A stretch of DNA of 51,497 bases from Candidatus Kaiserbacteria bacterium (GTDB taxonomy: Bacteria; Patescibacteriota; Minisyncoccia; Phycocordibacterales; UBA2100). Below are positions 1-5,791 of the stretch, in pieces (within the stretch, counting starts at the first letter, position 1; the number at the start of each line of letters is the position of its first letter). A program made the position numbers and the translations under genes. The stretch covers positions 107,074 to 158,570 of the forward strand of contig JACROD010000014.1 in assembly GCA_016214605.1 (NCBI GenBank). Direction: 5' to 3'. The notes beneath the pieces were generated by a model. It was not told where the DNA came from, did not search any database, and saw only the letters and a list, made by a program, of their open reading frames with translations.

Positions 1-1
1 C

Positions 2-304
2 GCCTGGAGTGTCGTGCGCAACACGCCGCAGGTCACCGGATTCGTCGGTACCGCCAATCAGGCGGTACCACTTGAGCAGACCGAAGTCGACAAGATCCTC
101 AAGCGCGCCGGCGGCGATACGGTCCGTCACTCGATCGATCTCGCGGCAGGCGAGGCGGTCATCATCATCGACGGTCCGTTTAAGGACCTCGAAGGCAAGG
201 TAGGGGAGGTCGACGAAGAGCGCGGCAAGGTCAAGGTGATGGTCCCGATGTTTGGCCGCGAGACTCCCGTAGAGCTCGAAGCTGATCAGGTCCAGCGGGT
301 TTGA
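2..304 (+). CDS. nusG: NusG transcription elongation/antitermination factor, C-terminal part (5' end outside window)
   Basis: Open from the window edge. Contains ...WSVVRNTPQVTGFVG... followed by the KOW segment GEAVIIIDGPFKDLEGKVGEVDEERGKVKV. Lies upstream of rplK as in the canonical cluster. Confidence 0.85.
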   Translation, partial: AWSVVRNTPQVTGFVGTANQAVPLEQTEVDKILKRAGGDTVRHSIDLAAGEAVIIIDGPFKDLEGKVGEVDEERGKVKVMVPMFGRETPVELEADQVQRV

Positions 305-328
305 CAAATAAAATATATAGTGTATTAT
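301..328 (+). promoter_or_regulatory. Putative sigma70-type promoter for the 379-672 ORF
   Basis: ttgaca (301-306), 16-nt spacer, tattat (323-328). Confidence 0.35.
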
Positions 329-378
329 TGCAATAGGTTTGCGAAATTTGGCCGTTTGGCCAGCTAGGAGGAACCGCG

Positions 379-672
379 ATGTATAAGCGCCAAACCTTGA
401 GGAGAACTCCGAAGCCGACCGCCATACAAGTAGCTTCGGCGGAGTATGCAAAGTTTTCGACCAAGGATAAGCTCGATGCCCTGCTACGCAGTTTGCAAAA
501 TTCAATTGCGAATGCGGAATCGGCGGTGCGAGGACTTAAAGAGAATCCCACAGGATTTTTGGCGGAATCTAATCTTGAAAGTGCCGCAAGCGCTATCCGT
601 AGCGCGCAAGGCTCTCTCAAGGGGATGAGAGAACTTCAGACGCCAATTGGTCGACAGCCCAACTTTCCATGA
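379..672 (+). CDS. Hypothetical small protein (97 aa), predicted helical
   Basis: ATG preceded by a strong aggagg Shine-Dalgarno. Followed by an intrinsic terminator. No recognisable family. Confidence 0.55.
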   Translation: MYKRQTLRRTPKPTAIQVASAEYAKFSTKDKLDALLRSLQNSIANAESAVRGLKENPTGFLAESNLESAASAIRSAQGSLKGMRELQTPIGRQPNFP

Positions 673-681
673 GTTTTTGTG

Positions 682-731
682 CCCCGCCCCTCATGGCAGC
701 TATGCCGCAGAGGGTCGGGGATTTTCTTTTT
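682..731 (+). terminator. Rho-independent terminator
   Basis: GC-rich stem ccccgcccctc / gagggtcgggg followed by attttcttttt. Confidence 0.7.
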
Positions 732-739
732 GCCGAAGA

Positions 740-767
740 TTGACAACTTTTTAAGTGTTGCTACAAT
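740..767 (+). promoter_or_regulatory. Promoter of a small RNA. It shares the module TTGACAA-N5-TAAGTGTTGCTACA with 23420-23447.
   Basis: ttgaca (740-745), 16-nt spacer, tacaat (762-767). 14 identical nt (taagtgttgctaca) are shared with the second copy. Confidence 0.55.
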
Positions 768-773
768 GACAAC

Positions 774-835
774 GTCAAGTCCGGGTTCTATATGAGTCCT
801 GAAAATCCGACGCATTCCGCGTTGGATTTTCGCTT
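774..835 (+). ncRNA. Candidate small RNA (~60 nt). Its 5' 15 nt are complementary to 941-955.
   Basis: Predicted start is 7 nt after the -10 box. Terminator-like hairpin aaaatccgacgc/gcgttggatttt (802-830) is followed by a T run. 774-788 pair with 941-955 (15 bp, one G-U). Confidence 0.4.
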
Positions 836-863
836 TTTAAGACAAATACTCTATACTGCGGCC

Positions 864-992
864 CGTGGAGCCATCTCAAGGAGCTACGGCACCGAGGTGC
901 AGAATTGAGCACAATTCTGCGGGGGCCACCTCATGGTGAGGAATCCGGACTTGACACTCGGATAGAGGGGCTCGATACCCCTTGGCTCCACG
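864..992 (+). ncRNA. Structured RNA with a tRNA-like (tmRNA-TLD-like) acceptor/T-arm module; class unknown
   Basis: 10-bp terminal helix 864-873/983-992. T-arm-like 5-bp stem with 7-nt loop ctcgata (966-982). t874 sits at the U8 position. Helix 892-896/957-961 encloses two hairpins (899-920, 929-941). No D arm and no 7-nt anticodon loop. Confidence 0.4.
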
Positions 993-994
993 TC

Positions 995-1025
995 AAAAAG
1001 CATCTCACGTACGAGATGCTTTTTG
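995..1025 (+). terminator. Rho-independent terminator of the tRNA-like RNA
   Basis: Stem gcatctc/gagatgc with an A run upstream and ttttt downstream. Confidence 0.7.
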
Positions 1026-1039
1026 TTTGTAAGGAATGC

Positions 1040-1067
1040 TTGAAATCTCCAGCCGTTCCTGTATAGT
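1040..1067 (+). promoter_or_regulatory. rplK promoter (leaderless transcript predicted)
   Basis: ttgaaa (1040-1045), 16-nt spacer, tatagt (1062-1067). The ATG lies 8 nt after the -10 box and there is no SD. Confidence 0.5.
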
Positions 1068-1075
1068 ACCCCGAC

Positions 1076-1498
1076 ATGGCAAAAGAAGTCACCAAGATCA
1101 TAAAGCTCCAGCTCCCTGCGGGTGCTGCTACGCCGGCTCCTCCGGTGGGTACCGCTCTGGGCCCTGCGGGCGTCAATATCGGCGAATTCGTCAACCAATT
1201 CAACACCCAGACCCGACCACTCGCCGGTTCGATCCTCCCGGTCTTGATGCATGTCTACAAGGACCGCACCTTCTCCTTCATCGTCAAGAAGCCGCCGGCG
1301 TCCAAGCTCGTGCTCAAGGCCGCAGGTGTCGAGAAGGGCTCGGCGAAGCCACATGCCCAAAAGATCGGCAAGATCACCAAGGCTCAGCTCGAAGAGATTG
1401 CCAAGGACAAAATGGAAGACATGAATGTCAACGACCTCGACCACGCCAAGTCCGTCATCGCCGGTACTGCCCGCAGTATGGGAGTAGAGGTAGTCTAA
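1076..1498 (+). CDS. rplK: 50S ribosomal protein L11
   Basis: [43 protein letters not shown]... is a typical L11 N-terminal domain. 140 aa. Confidence 0.95.
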   Translation: MAKEVTKIIKLQLPAGAATPAPPVGTALGPAGVNIGEFVNQFNTQTRPLAGSILPVLMHVYKDRTFSFIVKKPPASKLVLKAAGVEKGSAKPHAQKIGKITKAQLEEIAKDKMEDMNVNDLDHAKSVIAGTARSMGVEVV

Positions 1499-1513
1499 TC
1501 TTCAAATATCAAG

Positions 1514-1544
1514 AAACAGCGCGGATACTTCCGCGCTGTTTTCG
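1514..1544 (+). terminator. Rho-independent terminator after rplK
   Basis: Hairpin aacagcgcgga...tccgcgctgtt followed by ttt. Confidence 0.6.
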
Positions 1545-1582
1545 TATATGATCCGCGGTATGATATGAATTACAATACTCGT

Positions 1583-3334
1583 ATGAACACAGCTCAAGAT
1601 ATCAAACAGGCTATTGCTCGGGCGTTAGAGAACGTTGGTATTCCGACTGCGTCAGAGTCGATAATGTTGGAACATCCCGCAGAGCTTTCACGCGGGGATT
1701 ATGCGACTAATGTCGCTATGCAAGCTTTCGGTCGTATCGCCAAATCGCAAAATCAGTATCATAAAGATGATACTACGGTTCCAAAAATAAAGACTGGAAA
1801 TTTCGTTTTGGACGGGTTTAAGAATCCAGAACAACTTGCTGAGAAGCTAGTTGCTACTATGGGAAATATCGAAGGAGTTTCAAGTATCGTTGCAGTTAAA
1901 CCGGGCTTCATCAATTTCACCCTTGCATCGCAAACGATCGCCGCATCGCTCGACTCTGCGCGCACGCAGGATATGTGGGGGAATAATGAGATGCGTGCTG
2001 GGCAGAAGATAATGGTCGAGTATACACAGCCAAACCCTTTCAAAGAATTTCACATCGGACATCTCATGGGCAATGTCAACGGTGAATCGATCGCGCGACT
2101 CATGCAATACGTTGGCGCCGAGGTCCTTCGAGTGAATTACCAAGGCGATGTGGGTGTGCATGTGGCATGTGCCATTTGGGGTATCAAGAAGCTCGATATT
2201 GATCCATCGACAGCAGATGAATTTGGCCAGGCATACAGCACAGGAGCAATGGCATATAAGGCGGATCCACAAGCAAAAAATGAAATCGATGAAATCAATA
2301 AAAAAGTTTACGATCGAAGCGATCCGGAAATTAATACTCTCTACGATGCCGGGCGAAAAAAATCACTTGAAGCGTTTGAAAGAATCTATGTGATTCTCGG
2401 GACGACATTCGATCATTATTTCTTTGAAAGTGAGACAGGTCCTATTGGCAAGGAGATCGTGCTCGCGCACCCCGACATCTTTCCCGAATCCGATGGTGCC
2501 CGTATCTTCCGCGGTGAAGAGTATGGACTACATACGCGCGTGTTTATCAATGCCACGGGCCTGCCCACCTACGAAGCAAAAGAAATCGGTCTCCAGCGGC
2601 TCAAAAAGGATCTCTATCCGGATACAACCCTGCTTATTATCGAAACTGCCAATGAGATTGACGAGTATTTTAAGGTGATACACAAAGTTCTTGAGCTTAT
2701 ATATCCTGATATTGCAGCCCAGATGAAGCATGTGAGTCATGGATTAATGAAACTCTCGACCGGTAAAATGAGTTCGCGCACGGGCAATGTCATCACGGGC
2801 GAATCACTTTTGAATGAGCTTGCGGAGGCCGCCAAGGCGCGCGCCGCAGAAAGTCGCGCGGATGATACGGAGAAGTTGGCCGAGCAGATCGCCGTCGCCG
2901 CCATCAAATACCAGATCCTCAAACAAGGTTCGGGCAAAGACATCGTCTTTGATCGCGAGCGAGCGCTTTCGCTCGAAGGGGATTCGGGTCCGTATTTGCA
3001 ATACGCCTACGCACGCACGAATGCGATTATCGCAAAAGCACACGAGCAGGGGATCGTGCCGATGATCGATCAGAGTGCTATGCCGAGCGAAGTCACACGA
3101 CTGATCCATCGTTTTCCCGAGATCGTGGAGCACGCTTCGCATGAGCTTGAGTCGCACATCGTGACGCAGTACCTCACACATCTCGCGAGTTCATTCAACA
3201 GCTGGTACGCGCAGGAGCAGATACTCGACGGTACGCCTGCTGCAGCGCACAAGGTCGCCATCGTCGAAGCCGTCAATCGCACACTCAAAAATGGCCTCTG
3301 GATCCTCGGCATCACTGCGCCGGAGAAGATGTAG
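1583..3334 (+). CDS. argS: Arginine--tRNA ligase
   Basis: HIGH-type motif FHIGHLMGN, KMSKS-type motif KMSSRTGN, and a C-terminal ...APEKM. The ORF opens at 1565. ATG 1583 is preferred because a tacaat -10 box lies 6 nt upstream. Confidence 0.9.
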   Translation: MNTAQDIKQAIARALENVGIPTASESIMLEHPAELSRGDYATNVAMQAFGRIAKSQNQYHKDDTTVPKIKTGNFVLDGFKNPEQLAEKLVATMGNIEGVSSIVAVKPGFINFTLASQTIAASLDSARTQDMWGNNEMRAGQKIMVEYTQPNPFKEFHIGHLMGNVNGESIARLMQYVGAEVLRVNYQGDVGVHVACAIWGIKKLDIDPSTADEFGQAYSTGAMAYKADPQAKNEIDEINKKVYDRSDPEINTLYDAGRKKSLEAFERIYVILGTTFDHYFFESETGPIGKEIVLAHPDIFPESDGARIFRGEEYGLHTRVFINATGLPTYEAKEIGLQRLKKDLYPDTTLLIIETANEIDEYFKVIHKVLELIYPDIAAQMKHVSHGLMKLSTGKMSSRTGNVITGESLLNELAEAAKARAAESRADDTEKLAEQIAVAAIKYQILKQGSGKDIVFDRERALSLEGDSGPYLQYAYARTNAIIAKAHEQGIVPMIDQSAMPSEVTRLIHRFPEIVEHASHELESHIVTQYLTHLASSFNSWYAQEQILDGTPAAAHKVAIVEAVNRTLKNGLWILGITAPEKM

Positions 3335-3421
3335 AAAAATGTCCGGAGGTACAAACAAGTGCTTGGATCGGTAAAGATCTTGTGGCATTATCATACATAG
3401 TGCAACCTATAGGAGGAGACT

Positions 3422-3775
3422 ATGCTCAGTACACTTGTTTTGTATATGCCGCCCCCCGGCAGTCCTGTAGCAGGGACCTTGTCGATCCTGATCGCGATCA
3501 CGATCGCGTTTTGGGGACCTATTCTCCTGCTTGTTCGGCGGGTCAGACATCGGCCGATCCTGATCGAGGAGGACTGGAGAAATCTTTTCCTCAAAAGACA
3601 GGAAGAATCGGGCGGGGCGATCACGTTGGATCATGTCCTGTTGGAGCGGGCACGAGGTCATCCGGATGTGATCCGGGCCATGAAAGCGCGGGATCGCGGC
3701 GGCCAAGTCTGGTTTCGCGACCGAAAGGGAAGGGTGGCCAGATTGCCTCTCGACGATCTTCGAAAGGCTGCTTGA
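3422..3775 (+). CDS. Hypothetical membrane-anchored protein (117 aa)
   Basis: aggagga SD upstream, N-terminal TM segment, shared terminator downstream. Confidence 0.5.
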   Translation: MLSTLVLYMPPPGSPVAGTLSILIAITIAFWGPILLLVRRVRHRPILIEEDWRNLFLKRQEESGGAITLDHVLLERARGHPDVIRAMKARDRGGQVWFRDRKGRVARLPLDDLRKAA

Positions 3776-3780
3776 AAACA

Positions 3781-3814
3781 AATAGGCATCCGGTGCGCCG
3801 GATGCCTATTTTCT
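3781..3814. terminator. Bidirectional intrinsic terminator between convergent genes
   Basis: Perfect hairpin aataggcatccgg tgcg ccggatgcctatt, flanked by A and T runs. Confidence 0.75.
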
Positions 3815-4100
3815 AATGGAGGACAAGCATATGTCCTATGACCTCGAATTCGCGCGGCTGGATCAAGTGTGTATGGGCGACCCGCACCTGATAGAGCGGT
3901 CCGTCGAGTGTCCGATACCAAAAGCCGAGAAATTTTCGCAGTTCCGGGAATTCCGGCGCGAAGTCGTATTCTTGCCAGATGTATGTCTGCAAGATATCTC
4001 GGTAGTCGGGTAGGCGATACACTATCTCCGCTGTCGTAAGACCATAGCCGGCGAGTATTCTTGCGAATTCCGGATCTGTCGCAGGATTCTTTTTCATCAC
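3813..4100 (-). CDS. Usg-family protein (95 aa)
   Basis: GYGLTTAEIVYRLPDYRDILQTYIWQEYDFAPEFPELRKFLGFW...VRVAH matches my memory of the Usg-like family signature. aggagg SD present. Confidence 0.55.
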   Translation of the reverse strand: MMKKNPATDPEFARILAGYGLTTAEIVYRLPDYRDILQTYIWQEYDFAPEFPELRKFLGFWYRTLDGPLYQVRVAHTHLIQPREFEVIGHMLVLH

Positions 4101-4160
4101 ATCCTCCTGATTTCCCCCCGTCTTCCCATTTCAGATTATACGTTTGTGTACAATCGTCAA

Positions 4161-5708
4161 TCAGTTGGCGGAGTACGCATCTTTCACAAACTGTACGAGC
4201 TTCGCTACATCGCGCTGCACGTCTTGCGAGCCGAGTACGATCACGACGATCTGACGTTCATGGCCGTCGACCGGTATTGAGAAGATCCCCGCGTATGTCT
4301 CGCCCGCCTCGTTGGTCTGACCTACTTTGCCGCCGACGAAGGTCTCAGGCGCTTTTTTGATGATATTGAAGTTGCTGAGCCCGGTAAAGGTCGGCGTACC
4401 GTATGCACTGTCGGCAAGGTCGCCTTTGGTGATGTCCAAGATAAAGCTTCGGTTTGCGTAGATATAACGCAGAAGCTTATAGAGGTCTTCCGGCGTCGAC
4501 ATGTCTTCCTTGGCGCCGGAAGGGTCGCTGAAGGTGGATTGTGTGAGGCCGATCGATTGCGCCTTGCGATCCATGGCCGCGATAAACGCGTTGCGTCCGC
4601 GTTCGGCGGCGAGCGTCTCGGCCGCTTCGTTGGAGGATTCTTGAAGCAAGAGGAAGAGGAGATCGTATGCCCGAATGTGTTCTCCGGGGTGCAGGCGTGG
4701 CACGGTCGTATACACGATCGCATCGCGCGGCACGGTGAGCTTCTTATCCAGATCGATGTACTCCGTCGCCACGAGCGCCGTTATGAGCTTGGTGATCGAG
4801 GCGATCGGTGCGGTGGTCGACGCATGGGAGCTTGCGAGCACGGTGCCGTTGTTCAGGTCGGCGAGGAGATATCCTTTTGCGGAGATCCGGGCAGGTTTTT
4901 TCTCCGGATAACTGAAACTGTCTTCTTGATAAGAGGTATTGAACACTACGACCGGCATGCCTACCTGCGCGAGCTTGTATACCTTTTCCGCGTCTTCCGT
5001 GGAAAGCCGGATACAGCCGCCCGAGTATGAGGTGGCGACTGGTGTACCGTCGTCGTAGTAGGGCCAACCGTGAATGAAGAAGTTGCCTTGGAATGCCAAG
5101 CTCCACGGCTGGTGGACGTGTCCGATGGACGAAAAGTGGTCTTCCTCGCGCCATTCGACTCGGTAGATACCGACGGGCGTTTCCCACCAGGAGCCGATCT
5201 TGCCTTTGGCGAGGATAGGCACGGTGAGCGCGAGCTGTCCGTCGGTATAGACGCTCATTTCCATCGCAGAGAGGTCCGCGCTGATGAACGATATTTTTTC
5301 GTCGATAAGGCGCAACTTGACGGACGTATAATAATGGGGATCAGAAAGCGCGGGCAGTGCGCCGTACGAGAGCGCGGGAGAGGTCGAAGCCATGCCTGCT
5401 TCCGGGATCGAAATGGAATACACGACAGGCGGTCGCATGTAGAGAAAGGTGAAGGATGCGAAGAAAGACAGCAGAAAAAGCCCGCCCATTACGGTGATGG
5501 GGGATGGTTTTTTACGCGGTGAACGTTTCGGGTCGGCGTGTTGCGGTGGCACGGGGGGAGAGGGGATCTTCATACCGCGCGACGCGAATATCGGATCAAT
5601 CGTCTCGCGATCCCATCCTTCGAGCAGGAGGACTTGATAGGCCTCAGTGTCCGGCACACCGCTTGCATGCAAGCGGTGGATAAAAGGATGTGGATCATTG
5701 CGCCTCAT
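4161..5708 (-). CDS. Membrane-anchored fusion protein: L,D-transpeptidase (YkuD) domain plus D-alanyl-D-alanine carboxypeptidase (peptidase S11) domain
   Basis: YkuD catalytic motif HGWP...SGGCIRL. S11 motifs SITK (SxxK), SSNEAA (SxN) and KVGQT (KTG-like). One TM segment after the N-terminal cytoplasmic part. Confidence 0.8.
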   Translation of the reverse strand: MRRNDPHPFIHRLHASGVPDTEAYQVLLLEGWDRETIDPIFASRGMKIPSPPVPPQHADPKRSPRKKPSPITVMGGLFLLSFFASFTFLYMRPPVVYSISIPEAGMASTSPALSYGALPALSDPHYYTSVKLRLIDEKISFISADLSAMEMSVYTDGQLALTVPILAKGKIGSWWETPVGIYRVEWREEDHFSSIGHVHQPWSLAFQGNFFIHGWPYYDDGTPVATSYSGGCIRLSTEDAEKVYKLAQVGMPVVVFNTSYQEDSFSYPEKKPARISAKGYLLADLNNGTVLASSHASTTAPIASITKLITALVATEYIDLDKKLTVPRDAIVYTTVPRLHPGEHIRAYDLLFLLLQESSNEAAETLAAERGRNAFIAAMDRKAQSIGLTQSTFSDPSGAKEDMSTPEDLYKLLRYIYANRSFILDITKGDLADSAYGTPTFTGLSNFNIIKKAPETFVGGKVGQTNEAGETYAGIFSIPVDGHERQIVVIVLGSQDVQRDVAKLVQFVKDAYSAN

Positions 5709-5791
5709 ACGGATAAGTATAACTGATACTACAGCCCTGTTACTACAAGGAGCCCTCGCGGTCGGGCTTTTCCTTTGCTACATTTAGAGCC

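Noticed and set aside
884-1444. A 186-aa minus-strand ORF covering rplK and the tRNA-like RNA.
   Set aside because: It is a shadow of rplK. It also runs through a terminator and a promoter.
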